DNA from: Octopus vulgaris
Lineage: Eukaryota
DNA length: 64,000 nt
Direction of reading: 5' to 3'
NCBI GenBank assembly: GCA_951406725.2
Contig: OX597815.1
Coordinates: forward strand, 105,152,001 to 105,216,000
The stretch's first letter is position 1. Each line of letters opens with the position of its first letter. Below, piece by piece: positions 45,308 through 59,479 of this stretch. The notes below the pieces were generated by a model. It searched no databases. It worked only from the letters and a program-made list of their open reading frames with translations, and was not told the DNA's origin. The translations under genes were made by a program, and so were the position numbers.

Positions 45308-47195
45308 TGATGATGGCCGTCCACTTGTGACTGAGGAAGACCATTGCTGACCTTCAGGAACATTTGCGCTCTAGGACTAACATATATTTTGAATTTGCGG
45401 CTCCGTTGATGGCTAATGAGCCCTACTCTTGACAAGCATACACGACTGCAAACATTGCAAAACTAACTTTCCCCATTCACCAGACCGTGCAGTGTACTTT
45501 GCAGTAGCACATTTAAGTTCTTCATGCAGAATACGTGCTCTCTCAAAGGTGTCGACCCCCTCCTTAACATGCTTCCTCCATCTGTGGCGATGACAGGCAT
45601 TGCTTTCCCAGTCAGTCTCCTGCATATCACAGGTCTTTAATGAGGACTAGACAGAGTTCTTAAATCGCAGTCTTGGTTTCTGCCGGGTCTTTTTCCGTTA
45701 ACAAGTACTTCATACAGCATCTGCTTAGGGATCCTCCTATCCTTAATTCTACTAAAGTGTCCAGTCCAACGTAACCGATGTTTGTGCACCATCGCCTCAA
45801 TACTCAAGATATCAGCTGTCCTCAGGACCTGCCTGTCTGGAGTTTCTAAGGTCCAGCCACCATTCAGAATTTGTTTGAGACATCTCTGATGAAAGCGTTT
45901 AAGGACCCTTACATGACGTTTGTAAAGGATCCATGTCTCATATGAGTAAAGGAGCGATGTCAGTACATATGCACGGTACACAGCAATTTTTGTTTGCTTT
46001 GGGATGCCATGCTGAGACCAGACACGAGAAGGAAGAGACCGGAAGAAATCAGTTGCTCTGTGAAGCTTGAAAGATATTTCATCATCCAGAGAGCAAGAAC
46101 GGCTGAGTGTGCTGCCTAGGTAGACAAACATGTCTACCACTCTCAGAATTGTTCCTTCATATAAGATAGTTGGTTCCACATATGGAATTTATGGTGAAGG
46201 CTGGAACATTACAACAGTCTTGTCCAGTCTAATACTGAGTCCAAATGCCTTGCAAGAAGCAGAAATACGATTCATAAATATTTGCATGTCATCCACTGTA
46301 TGGCAAACTAAGTCACAGTCATCTACATAAAGGTCACGAATAAGAGACTGGAAAACTTTTGCATTGGCAGCAAATCGGCGCAGATTAAAGAGGCGGCCAG
46401 AAGATCGATACCTGACATATATTCACAGAGAGCTAACCTTTGCAAAAGCATGAGTAAAAGCAGCAGCAAAGTACAAAGAAAAGAGAGTTGGAGCAAGGAT
46501 GTCGCCCTCCTTGACACAATTCTCTTCCCACCATGCCACCACCAACGTTGACTCAATTCTCTATCCCATCATGAAATGATTTAATTATAGATACAAAGTG
46601 ATCCGGACATCCATGTTTACCAAGTATCTTCCATAGCAAGGCCCTATTCACAGTATCAAAGGCCTTCATTAAATCAATGAATACCTGGACAAGATCTATA
46701 TTCTGCTTATAGCACTTCTGCATATGTCTTGTGAAAATCATATACATTGTTCTCTACCAGATCGGAAGCCACATTGAGATTCTGATAGGACATCATTTAC
46801 GAGACACCCATTCAGGTGGCTAAGAAGAATATTTGCCAGAACATTGTCAACAACTGATGGCAGAGCAATATCTCTGTAGTTACCACACATTGTTCTGGCT
46901 CCTTTTCCTTTATAGAGAGGGAGTATAATTGCATCATTCCAGTCCTTAGGCGTTGCACCATCTCTGCAGACTACACTAGTAAGTTTATGAAGGGACTGTA
47001 TGATGTAGTCACCACCAAATCGCAAGACCTCAGCACAAATTCCATCCCTTCCAGGCATCTTACCAATATTCAATTTACTTATTGATGTCATTACCTAATG
47101 TAATGGGGACGTTGAATTTAAGTAGTCAATGATAGGTATTTATTGCATAGAATCAATCACTATTTCATCCACAACTGACTCATGGCTTAAGATTT
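45308..47195 (-). mobile_element. RTE-clade LINE, 5'-truncated and frameshifted
   Basis: GKMPGRDGI, CGNYRDIAL, ESQCGFRSGR, FIDLMKAFDTVNR, YVDD, FVYLGSTLS, RLRWTGH...RIPKQMLY; short (CAT)n tail. Confidence 0.93.
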
Positions 47196-47391
47196 CACAC
47201 ACATATACACACACACACACACACAAGTAAGCGCATAAATGCAAAACAAGGTGGAAGAAAATTGCACTCGAATACCAAAGGGATAGTAATATGCTTTTAT
47301 TAAAGCTGCAAAATTATCACCAAACTCTTTGGTGATAATTTTGCAGCTTTAATAAAAGGAAGACAGAAAGGCTAGATAGATAGATAGATAT

Positions 47392-47481
<90 letters not shown>

Positions 47482-48329
47482 GGATAGATAGATTGATTGA
47501 TTGATTGATTGATTGCGCGGTTCGTTGAACGGTAGAGGACGATGTGCGGTAGAGGATGATAGTAAACACTGAGTAGCTTTGCTTAAGGATAAATAAGTAT
47601 ATGTGAGATCAGATTGATTGTGGCCGCATACATGACTTCGAACTCCCGCACTCACATGTATTGGAAATGTGGTGAGTGACGATGCCATTTACTGTTATCG
47701 TAAAATCATGTTATACTGCAAGATATTCAATAGAATATGTTAGATGTTCAAATACTTTTGTAATTGGACTGCGTGGCAACTCGGAAGAAGCATTAACTGT
47801 TAAATAATTTAGTATTTTTCTTTGGCACGGTAACAATGCCATTTCTTCATTTCTTCGCATTGAAGAAATTTCCATCCTGTTAATGCTCCATCATCGTATA
47901 TAATTATTTTACAGCTAGAACTGAGCTGGAGCCAGTTTACATCGACTGGTACAAAATGATTTCATAATCGGAGCTTGTTTAGATTTCCGTAGCAAGTACG
48001 TTCATTATAAATATTTTCGCTTTATAGGTGTCTTCGCCGTAAACATTTTTGCCATGAGAACTTTTGCTGTCAAGTATTGTTCGCTGCTATTGCAAAAATT
48101 CACAAGAAGATTATTTCGTTTGAAGTTGTAATTTAGTTTGTAATTAACTTGTTACAACAAAGTACTTTGTGTGATAAATAAGAACACAATCAATAACAAT
48201 GATGACGTAAATTAAACAATAACTTTTTGATTCTTAACTAACTCCAGACTTCTTCCACCTTCTTACTGTTCCTTTCTCTTTACAAAATCCAGCAGGTTCA
48301 TTATATTTTCGAAATGTACATGTTTTATT

Positions 48330-48385
<56 letters not shown>

Positions 48386-48782
48386 TACTTGTGCCTGTGT
48401 ATATAATTGTATATATTTATAAATGTAGTTGCATATATATTTTCGCCCACGTTTTGCTGCTTTGTGTCTGGTGCACAATCCTTTGATTTGTAATCCTTAC
48501 TCTTTAATCGCTATTCTTTGAGATATTATTCTTTTCCAGCTTCCTTGCCACCTGTCATAGTAGCTACATGCCTAATGTAGTTATTTAAGTTATTTTACCA
48601 TTCTATTTTCCAATCCAACTTTTTGGCTCTTTTCCACCTCGCCTCCTTGGCTATCCCCTCTCTTACAACAACCGTCTGTTTGGCCAACTCTATCAAATCG
48701 ATCCTTCAGCTTCAATTTTTCACCACCCTCGAGTGAAAAACAGAAGCAAGATGTTAGAGTTCTCGCGGTTTCAAATATTCTT

Positions 48783-49640
48783 TTCTACTCTAGGCACAAG
48801 GCTCGAAATTTAGGGGGAGGGGTCCAGTCGATTACATCGACCCCAGTATGCAACTGGTACTTAATTTATCGACCCCCGAAGGATGAAATACAAAGTCAAC
48901 CTCGACGGAATTTGAAACCAGAACGTAAAAACACAAAATACCTATTTCTTTACTACCCACAAAGAGCTAAACACAGAGAGGACAAACAAGGACAGACAAG
49001 CGGATTAAGTCAATTATATCGACCCCAGTGCGTAACTGGTACTTAATTTATCGGTGGGCTGGCAGAATCGTTAGCACGCCGGGCGAAATGCGTAGCCGTA
49101 TTTCGTCTATCGCTACGTTCTGAGTTCAAATTCCGCCGAGGTCGACTTTGCCTTTCATCCTTTCGGGGCCGATTAGATAAGTACCAGTTACGCACTGGGG
49201 TAGATATAATCGACTTAATCCGTTTGTCTGTCCTTGTTTGTCCTCTCTGTGTTTAGCCCCTTGTGGGTAGTAAAGAAATAGGTACTTAATTTATCGACCC
49301 GACCCCGAAAGGATGAAAGGCAAAGTCGACCTCGGCGGAATTTGAACTCAGAACGTAACGGCAAACGAAATACCGCTACGCATTTCGCCCGGCGTGCTAA
49401 CGTTTCTGCTAGCTCACCGTCTTAATGGTTTCAAATACTGACACAAGACCAGGAGTTTTTGAGGGGAGGGAGGGAAGTTGATTACATAGGCCCCTGTTTT
49501 TGACTGGTTCATATTTTATTCACACTGAAGGATAAAAGGCAAAGTCGACTTCGCTAGAATTTAAGATCACAACATAAAGATGGACGAAATGCCACTAAGC
49601 ATTTTGTCCGGCGTACTAACCGTTCTATTAGATCGCAGCA
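48783..49640. mobile_element. Cluster of nested family A SINEs in both orientations
   Basis: Minus copies at about 48783-49053, 49281-49425 and 49440-49640. Plus copy at about 49054-49281. Confidence 0.9.
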
Positions 49641-51102
49641 TTTTCTCACAGTAAATTTAATATCCTTATATCTTGAACTATATATTAAATAATTAATTTT
49701 TTACGTCGCAGAGCGTCGCTAGTTTCCAAGTTACTTGTAACTATTGCTGCAATATAAAATAATAAGACATGTAAACTGTTTTTAAATGTTCTTTAAGAAA
49801 TAAAGAATAGAAATACTGATATTTATGTTTCCCAATAATTCACAAGTTGAATTTATTTCAAATTGCGTCGGACTAATGTAATATAAAAATGTTTTTATTA
49901 TCGAATATTTTCGTTCTTTAAACTGTCAACATTGTTGCATAAGTTTCTTCTTTAAATATTAACATAGGCAGTTATTATCATATATTCGACCATTATATTG
50001 TAAACCAGTGGGAATTTTTATCAATCCTGCTTCTCTTCATGCACACATCATATTTAGTTCATTAAATCGAGTAAATGATAATTAGAATCACTGTAAAGGA
50101 TTTGAGCATAAATGATGCAATGGCACTTAAGAGAATGATTGTGATAGTATATTCCGAAATATCCTAATTGCAATACGCGAATGATGTACTCTTACTTTAT
50201 TTATCATTCACTTCCTTTTATATAACATAAAGAACTATATTAATTTATTATCTGTTGATTTACTGTTTCGCACACATGATTTTAAAATTCAGCTTAAAAT
50301 ACGTCAACGACACCTCAGCTTAAAATTTAAAGTTACAAACAGTTTTAAAAATGAAACAACACTGCAAGAACTACAGTGAAAGAACAAAGTACGATAAAAA
50401 AAGCTTTTAGTTTAATACATAAACAGATTGGAAAGTAAAAATGAAGAGTAACATGAGGTGAAAGAGCTTTTTAATCTTCAATATATATAATGATATATAC
50501 TTATTTGTGAGTAACGCTTTAGCATTCGAAGCTCTTGACTTTGTTCCAATTTATAAGATTTATACTTTGTAAATCATTCGACACGAACTGGAGTCATTAT
50601 GTTTCTGCTTGCATTTGTCTCATAATGCTTAATGAAATAGTCTTTTAATTTATTTTTTTATAAAGAGCACTGATGACACATTTTTAGTAACAGCGTATAT
50701 GTATAGGAAGAAACGAAAGAAAAACCTTAAAAGTATAAAAGATCAAATTATAGAGGAAAGAAAATATCTAAAGCATTTCTACTCTCTTGCTGTAGTAGTG
50801 TCTCTACTTAGTCGTTCTCATTGTCTTTTGTATTTGAAAGTTTATTCTAAATGCTTAGCAAATCTTATCTTGCGTAGAATGAAATGTAATGTTTCACATC
50901 GATTACGCAAACATAGTGGGAATGAATGCTCAATGCAGGCGAATTGTAATGATAATGAAATGTTTTGCTCTAAAGTCGTTGGTATTTAAACGAAAATGAA
51001 ACTAAATTTATCGTAATTTATATTTATTTTATCAGTTACACACATACACGAAGCTAGATGATAAACTATTGTTTTCAAATATTATCGTTCACGTAACATT
51101 TA

Positions 51103-51147
<45 letters not shown>

Positions 51148-51389
51148 TTATTTATTTATTTATATTTATTTATTTATATATATATATTTATATATATATT
51201 CTTTCATATTTTTCTTTATTTCTTTTTTGTACTGTTTTCCATTCTTGCTATTTCTGTTACTAACTCTTCTTCTTTTTCCTAGTAAAAGATAACACATTCA
51301 TACATACATATGTATTTGAATGTACATTCATAGATGGGTGTATGTATATGCATATGTATAAGCATATGTGTGTACATATATATGAGTGT

Positions 51390-51770
51390 ATATGGTTGTC
51401 TGGTAAGAAGTTTTCCCACCACCACTTGGTTGTGGTTCAATCCCACTGTGTGACACATTTTGTAAGTGTCGTCTACCATAGCTCCGAGGCGACAAAAGCC
51501 TTGTGAATAGATTTGGCAGATGGAAAATGAAAGAATTCTGCTGAATGTAAATATATCGATGTATGTGTGCATTTTTGTTTGTCCACCACAACCGCTTGAT
51601 GACAGGTGTTGGTTTGTTTCCGTAAACATAATTAAGTGTTTTGGTAAAGAGAAACCAACAGAATAAGTGCGAGGTTGAAAAAATAATAACGAGGGTTGAT
51701 TTGCTCGACTAAAATCTTCAAAACTGTTCTCCAGCATGCCCGGAGTCTAATGACTGAAGTAAAATATAAT
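51390..51770 (+). mobile_element. SINE family B, degenerate full length
   Basis: atggttgtctggtaagaag...ggttcaatcccactg head; 3' end ccagcatgcccggagtctaatgactgaag. Confidence 0.78.
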
Positions 51771-51781
51771 ACACACACACA

Positions 51782-51835
<54 letters not shown>

Positions 51836-52054
51836 CTCTTTCTCTCTCTCGCTCCCAACTCTCTCTCTCTTTCTCTTTCTCTTTCTCTCTCTATCTTTCT
51901 CCTTCCCCCCACACACTTATGTACAGTTGTGGATAGGGACTTTGGGTCAATGCCTTCTACTATAATCCAGGGCCGACCAAAGTCCTGTGAGTTGATTTGG
52001 TAACAGGAAACTGAAAGAAACCCACCATATGTATGAATGTATGTACATAGGTAC

Positions 52055-53055
52055 ATACATGTCAGGTCACATATGAGGCTCTCATAAGTACTACTGGTAG
52101 CACGGAATCAAGTACAACCTATTGAATGGTTGGGTTGTCGGCGACTAAACCGGCATCCCCACCAGGCTACCCTGGTGAGGAGGATTGTTAGAAACCCAGC
52201 AGGATTAAAAACAAGACCTATTGAAAGGTCGGATGAACCTAGTGCAGGTTTTTCAGCACGCTGGAAGTGAAGCACCCCTCAGCTTCTGTTGAAGCACGTC
52301 TCTAGGAGAATGGCACTCTGATATAAAACCAGATACGCAAAGAATGGCATTGGACATTTTGAGGACCTTTGATTTATGCTGGAGATTATGGCGCTCCCAC
52401 AACCCTGAGCCTGCAACTCATATTGGAACCAGACAACTTGCTCTGACTGGTCTCTGGATAATGTCAATAAAGTGGAGAGGGTCTATAAGGTGTCATGCAA
52501 GACTTATTGGACCTAAAACTCTGCACAGGCATTGCTGATCTCTATTCGATATGTGCTGCTTTTTTTCTTATATATATTTATTTGATTTTCAGTAAATATG
52601 TATCTTTACTTTTAGTATGTATTTATATATTTATTTATTTTTAGTATATATTTATTTCAGTTTTATTCGGAAGTCCTGCGGCGATGGGGAGGCGGGGAAG
52701 CATGCAGACCTGCCGAGTTAGAAGCATGTAGTCAGCGACCTGTACGTAGGCGGCCCATGCTAGATATAAAGTCGTCTCATTGTTGCCCAAGACAGCGGTA
52801 GGATTCGGTTGCTGCATGGGTGTCTGAGCAGCTCCTGTTAGAGAGGGCACTGCTCACTCGGAGGCTGGGGAGGTGCTAGAAAAGGTGAACCAAAAATTGC
52901 CTGTCTTTCTAAATCTGGTCAGTTTAGCGCGGCTGACGGATGTCCATCCTGCGCTCGAAAAACAGACACTTTTATTTACAAAATCTGGATACAACTTGAA
53001 CATTTCATGTTAGAATGTGCACACTATATTGGATAACAATCTCACTACCAAATGA
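52055..53055 (+). mobile_element. Probable RTE-like LINE 5' UTR and start of the APE endonuclease
   Basis: GC-richer island ending in LNISC*NVHTILDN, similar to the RTE (I/L)xTWNVRTL motif. Confidence 0.5.
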
Positions 53056-53489
53056 TTGTGAACCCGACGCTCTAACCACAGCCATGCAGTGATTGTTAAC
53101 CTTTCTCATTAAAGATATAAACTGTATGTACTAAAAAGTATTCAGCGATCCATGATCCTTCAAATGAGTAATTCTTTTTTATATATATACCTATATAAAA
53201 TCAAAGATTAATATTATCGCTTTCTCTCCTTTTTTCTCCTTTTTCAAGCATGTCTAATTATAAATCTTTCCTCCTCTCCCTTCACCACCGCCTAAAAAAC
53301 ACCTTACCTCGCTTCTCTTACGCTGCTTTCAATCTTCTATTAATCTTTCTCCACTGATTTTCAAAAATAAAAATAACACGATTATTATTATCTCCCTTTC
53401 AGTCAACTTCTTTTTTTCCAGTCATCTCACTATGTGGGACCATTGAACTCTGACTTTATTCTTCTCGTCATTTTTTTTTCTTTTTCATT

Positions 53490-53645
53490 CTCTCTCCATT
53501 TTTTGTGTCTCAATCCTTTCTGTCGAAGAGCGTAGGTTCGGAACGTAAAAGACTTGTCCACTTTTCCCTAGTGTTAAACTAATACACCTGCTTGTTGTTC
53601 CTACACTTGTCTTAGTCTTTTGTTTTCTATAAATTTGAACTATTT
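53490..53645 (+). mobile_element. Second copy of the hammerhead-motif repeat
   Basis: Collinear with 1300-1460. Confidence 0.55.
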
Positions 53646-53654
53646 CTTTTATTC

Positions 53655-54050
53655 TTATTCTTTTATTTCTTTCAGTCATTTGACTGCAGCCATGCTGCAG
53701 CACCGCCTTTAGTCGAACAAATGGACCACAGGACTTATTATTTGAGAGCCTAGTGATTTGGTAATTAGATCGATTACCGGAACAGACTGTGTGTTGTGCT
53801 CTTGAGCTAGTCACTTTATTTCACGTTGCTTCACTCAGCTGTAGTATTGAGTTGCAACGTCATTGGTGCCAAGCTGTAATTAGCTTTTGCCTTTCCCTTG
53901 GATAACATCGCTGGCATGGAGAGGGGAGGCTGGTATCCATGGGCGCCTCTGGTCTTCCACAAACAACCTTGCCCGAACTTGTGCCTCGAAGAGTAACTTT
54001 CTTGGTGCAATCCCATGGTCATTCATTACCGATGGGGGTCTTTACCCTGA
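53655..54050. mobile_element. SINE B 3' end (minus strand) abutting a SINE C body (plus strand)
   Basis: tttcagtcatttgactgcagccatgctg, followed by ttcgattacc-like...tgtgctcttgagc...cagctgtag. Confidence 0.72.
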
Positions 54051-57000
54051 CGATCACTGAAAAGTGTCGACTTACACGCCGTTATTAGAATGTGGCTTAC
54101 ATTTTTCTTTCAGGCTTTTACATAGATTTTTAGCTGTGTTTTCCCTCAGTAGGTTAAGTAACATAAATAAAAATAGGTGGAATGTAGCAGAGAGGAGAAC
54201 TGGTTGTGTAAAAAGGGTGATGAAGTAGGATGAGAGAGAGTATATGTTTGTAAGGAGTGGGTACAGAGTGAGAGATGTGGAAATATTTTCTTCGATTTCA
54301 TAAAAGAAGTTAGTTATTGTTTCGGTATAGGGTCATTAAAGCGTCGGATATAATGCCTCATAGTATTTGTTCTGCCATCCTATACACAACATAAGAAATT
54401 CCATGAGAATTGCCTTTCACTGGAGGGTAAAAAAAATACATGTACTAATGAGATGGCGTAGCAGAAGTGTTTTAAGAACGTTGGACCAGACAACTTCCGA
54501 TATTTCTTCCGGCTCTTTGCATTCTGTGTTCGAATCTCGCATTTCCCAACTTGAGTGGCAACTTTAAGCCAATGATTTGTTTAACGAACTTTGCACTTTG
54601 GGTAACTTTAGCGGAGTCTACTCGGTTGCAAGAACTTGGGATAAATCTCCCACCATCTTTGGACAGAGTTACATTCTTATGGAACATCAAATATCCTGGC
54701 CAGTTAGATGTTACAGACAAAATTTCCAGAAAGCCTATTCAACACGAACGATTCTGAGAAATATATTTATCAAAATTTGTGCTGAGCAGAACAATAATAG
54801 TAGAGAAAATGCTACACAAGATTTTCACTGATGCAGGAACATCACAATAATCAATAAAAGAATAGCATGGTATTATTTATAGAATTATTTCGAAGTCACC
54901 CCGCGCAGCAATCATTAAGCAGAGACAATGTTTTTCAACTCTTGCATTTAAAATGAGCACTAAAGAAGTTTGGAGAAAAATAACTTATCAAATCCTTGTG
55001 AATTTATGTAACAACAGATGTTGTTTTATCTAGTCAGCCCTGATCTAGCCTACCACAGACACTACATTCTAAATAAATTATCCAGTTATTATTTTTTTAT
55101 TTCAGAATAGTTATTTCTATAACTGTATTATACAATGAGCTCTTTATTTTTAAATTGGTAGGGTTTGATTTAAGGGAGATTTATCTGCTATTTCTGGAGG
55201 TTCAACAAATCACATAGGCTACCGCATTAGATTAAATCTGAAAGTATTATTGATGCGTGTACGCGCGCGTGCGTGGAAGTTTGCTGGTATGTATGTATGT
55301 ATGTATTTATGTATGCATGTATGTATGTATGTATGTATGTATGTATGTATGTATGTATGTATGTATCTATGTATATATGTATGTATAGGGTTGCAAAATG
55401 CTAGCTTAAGTGTGACATAGATAGTACTAATTAGTTCTGAGAGAGATCAGAAAATTGAATTCCAACATTTTCATCAGATAATCTGGACGCAGGAGAGTCG
55501 GGTAAAAGAATGACCGAAATCGAGTGGTTGAAATAGAAAACAGACAAAAAATAGCATGCATAGTTAATGTATATAGAAAAAGTTGTGTATACAATGTATA
55601 TGATGTAATCAAGGCATAGCTTTACAGCTGTTCCCAATGGTCAATGGCTGGTTGCTATAACATAATATGAAAGCAGGTGGAATACTGAGGCAATATTGTA
55701 AATATACATAAATTCAAAGTAAAGTATTAACAAGAACGGCTTTTGATAGTTCCGTGCAGGAGAGCCACGGCATTCACTTCAGAAGGTGAAGGGTCAAAAT
55801 GTGGAAAATGGTAGTTTTTATAAATATATATTAGGTCGAAAGATTAGATTGATATAGAGGCGAAATGGAGAGGTTGTAGTGAGAGGTAAGTGAGGTTGAC
55901 AGAAGTAAAGCTTGGAGAAAAATGAGTGTTTGTTAGACGAGGGGAGTTATAGTTAGGAATGCAGGTAAAGGAAATGATTGAGAGATCAAAAAAATGGAGG
56001 AGAGAGAAAGACACAAGGAAAGACCAAGCCGAATGGAAGAGAGGAGAGATAAGGTAGGGTTGCTCAAGCTATGTCAGATAATATGAATTGTTCCCTATCG
56101 GTACAAGATGTATAGACAATGGCTATAATGCTAAGCAATGAGAGATATGAAGAGGTAGATCAGTTAAAAAGAACCACATTAATAATCTCAGACTGGAAAT
56201 AGGTAAGAAATAAGAACGAGCCATATCAAAGTTTAGAGGAAGAATTGTATGTCATGGCGGTTGAGTCAAATATAATTGAGTGGGGCATGAGGTAGGATAA
56301 TAACAACGAACTACAAACTGCAGTGAAGTGAGAAACAAATGAAATATCAATGAACGTGATATCCCCCAGAAAGCACTTGATATGGCTAACCTTTGTAAAC
56401 CAGCTCCACTTAAAATTTAACTGAAATACTTAAAATAAACGGGAGGTCTTATGGTTCGCACCACCGTTCTCTCTACAAATTAAATCTCTATCTAAACTCT
56501 TCTTTAACACCCGTAAAGAGACCTGTGTTAACATGTATAAATAAATAAACAAACTGATAACAATATTCCAGAAAGCCAATGTTTTCGTCATGGTGGTTAG
56601 TCAGCGATGTGTAGATCGAATCCTGTTACTAAAATTCTCATTATTTTTTTTTTGTGGAATTGTTTAAAAAGTAGCTAAGGTAAAATGACTAAAGTTTAGT
56701 AAATGGGCGCATATGTGTGAGATTGTATGAAGAAATATGTAAGTTTGTGATTTAGTGTGTGCGCGCGCGTGTGCAGACGTGAATGTACGTGTGCATGAGT
56801 GTAAGTGAATTTTAGTGTGTATGAGTGTGAGTGTGTAGAATATATGAGTGTATGAGTGCTTGTGGGTGAAGGTATATGTGAGCTTATGGTGTGCATGAGT
56901 GTGTGAGTTTATAGTGTGCATGGTGTGTATATGAGTGTTTATGTGCATGTGAGTGCATGAGTGTTTGAATGTGTCATCGTCTTATTTAATTGAATAACTG

Positions 57001-57639
57001 AAAAATAAATCCCCATTAATTACATGAAATAAGCTCACTTCCGTGTGATTACCTAACAATTTCCTTGTTACTAGCTAGCAACCTAACCCGCCACTAACCA
57101 GCAAATTAATTTCTTTGCTAATATCAAATATCCTATCGATTAGACAATTGTCAATTTTCGAGCTCATTTGCTTTAATTTTTTTTTTTCTTCAATAAACAA
57201 TTTTTACTGTCAGTCTAGTAGCTTGCAGCGATGATTGTATCGGTCGATATATTGAATCCGTTTAGTGGTAAATGTAAAGTTTTGCATTTGTGACGATTGT
57301 TTGAACGTTATATAAAATAATTATCTATCCCTGAGCAATTAACTTGAAGTTTTTACATTGGTGAGTCAATAGAAAAAGCAGACTTAAAAAATGCTTCTGT
57401 AAATAGGCAATGGCATAGTTACTTCTGTTACTTTTGGGATAAATAGATTCAAATGAATATGTCGAAATGTGATCTAACCCAAAGAATGTATTTAGATTAT
57501 ATAGACAATTAACTTTATCGTCATTATCTTGTCAATATCGTTTTCCATATGTAGTAAGCTAACGAAGTGAACTGAGCACATGTAATACAGATTGTAGATG
57601 CGATCTGAAATATGTATATGCGAGCAAAACTAACATCCA

Positions 57640-57900
57640 GACTATGAAATGTCCTTATTCATTACTGATTGCAATATGTTTCCATTCTTTCTTGGGTTGC
57701 CTCTTTCTCTTCCATTTCGACCCGATTCTATTTTACTATGACCCCTACTCATTGTCTCAAATTGTCTACCAAACGGTTTCTTCCAATTTCTTGGGTACCA
57801 CTCGACAACTGCACGGGCCTGTCTGGTATCTGCGAGTTTTGTGACATGACCAGTCCACTAGGATTTGTGTTTTCGGCGTTCCACGATCAAATCGCTCAGA
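57640..57900 (-). mobile_element. RTE LINE C-terminal relic
   Basis: Minus strand WTGHVTKLADTRQARAVVEWYPRNWKKPFGR resembles the RTE WAGHVAR...W.P...KRP.GRP motif. Confidence 0.72.
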
Positions 57901-58069
57901 CAAATACGTTCTTGAGTCATCATGTTTGTAGTTTATTTTAAATTCAAATTATATTTTTCTTCGCATATTTATACAAGTCCTAGGGTCGATTTGGTTGACT
58001 AAAGGCTTTGCTCCAGCATGGCAGTAGTCAAATGACTGAAGCAAATAAAAGAAATAAAAATATATACCC

Positions 58070-58860
58070 TCTATTCCAGACCCACTTCAGCATATATCTT
58101 GAACAGATGTTGAAGAAACTTTATAAACAAACACCAAACAAACTCTATTGCGACAAAACAGGAAGTTTCAAATCCCTATATTCTAATAAAATTACTTATA
58201 GAACAATGAACATATAGAGAGAAACATATAAACATACATCCTTTACTCAAATATTCTTGTGAACATCAAAGCACAAGAGAAACAATTTTCTATACTAACA
58301 AAGCCATAACATACCTAAACAATAACCCCAATCTTACAAATGAAAACAGGGAATATCCTGAAAAAACAATATAGGACCAGACTAAACTTACAACCTACCT
58401 GCAGACTTTTGTGAAAAATTTGACACACCCAATTACTAAGGGCTTAAATACTGGACTTTATATTTTCGACCTTTATATTGTCAAAGCAAAAGGATTAAAC
58501 ACAATAATACCAAAAGCAACAAGAATACTGTCACACCTTGTATCTACTCAACAAAAGAGAAGTACCTACAGGCTTGTTTACAAAGTCCTACTTGCATGAA
58601 TAAATACTACATAATAACATAACACCAAATTTAATCAATAAAATCTTATCAAAACACCTCCCCATTACAACTGTTTAGAAAAATTTAATCACCATCCCAC
58701 TCAAACCCACACACCCAAAGATGCTTTTAACTCAGCAGAGAGTTAAAAGGCAAGACTAACTCTAATGACCGCAGTACGATGATGGTTTCGCTGGTCGAAA
58801 CTTCAAAGTCACTTTCAACAACATTCTTGTATAAGAATAAATTTGTATTCTACAAAAGTA
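58070..58860 (+). mobile_element. Highly decayed Penelope-like 3' region
   Basis: A/C-rich strand bias, a YCDKTGS remnant similar to YIGxTG, and a terminal hammerhead-like motif at 58755-58812. Confidence 0.4.
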
Positions 58861-59162
58861 TGGAGTAACCCATGGACACATATATAAACATACATGCATA
58901 TGCATACATGTACACGTGTGTGTATGTGTGTGCGCGCACGTGGGCGTATGTGTGTGTTTGTGTGTGTGTATATAAGTGTCAGTGTATGCGTGTGTGTGCG
59001 TGTGTATGTGCGTGTGTAAGTGTGTGTGTGTGTGTGTGCGCGCGTGTTGTATATGAATGTGTTATCTTTTAGTTGGAAAAATAAGAGCTAGTGCAGGAAA
59101 GGCAAGAACTGAAAAGCGGATTAAAATGAACGAAAGAAAAATAATGAAAATACACACACACG

Positions 59163-59230
<68 letters not shown>

Positions 59231-59479
59231 CACATATTCTTTCATTATTTTACATGTGTACATTTTACGTGAAGGATATTTTGAAAGCAAGAGAGCATGG
59301 TATGTAATTTCATGTATATTTTTCATGTGTGAAATTGTTAAAGTAAATATTATTTACGATAAATGTTTGCTCTACGACTTCTGAGTTAAACTCCCTAATC
59401 TTATCAAAGTTCACTTGAAAACATTTTAAATCTATTGTGCCAATAGAAATAGTAAATAATATTTTAAAGATTTAAAATA

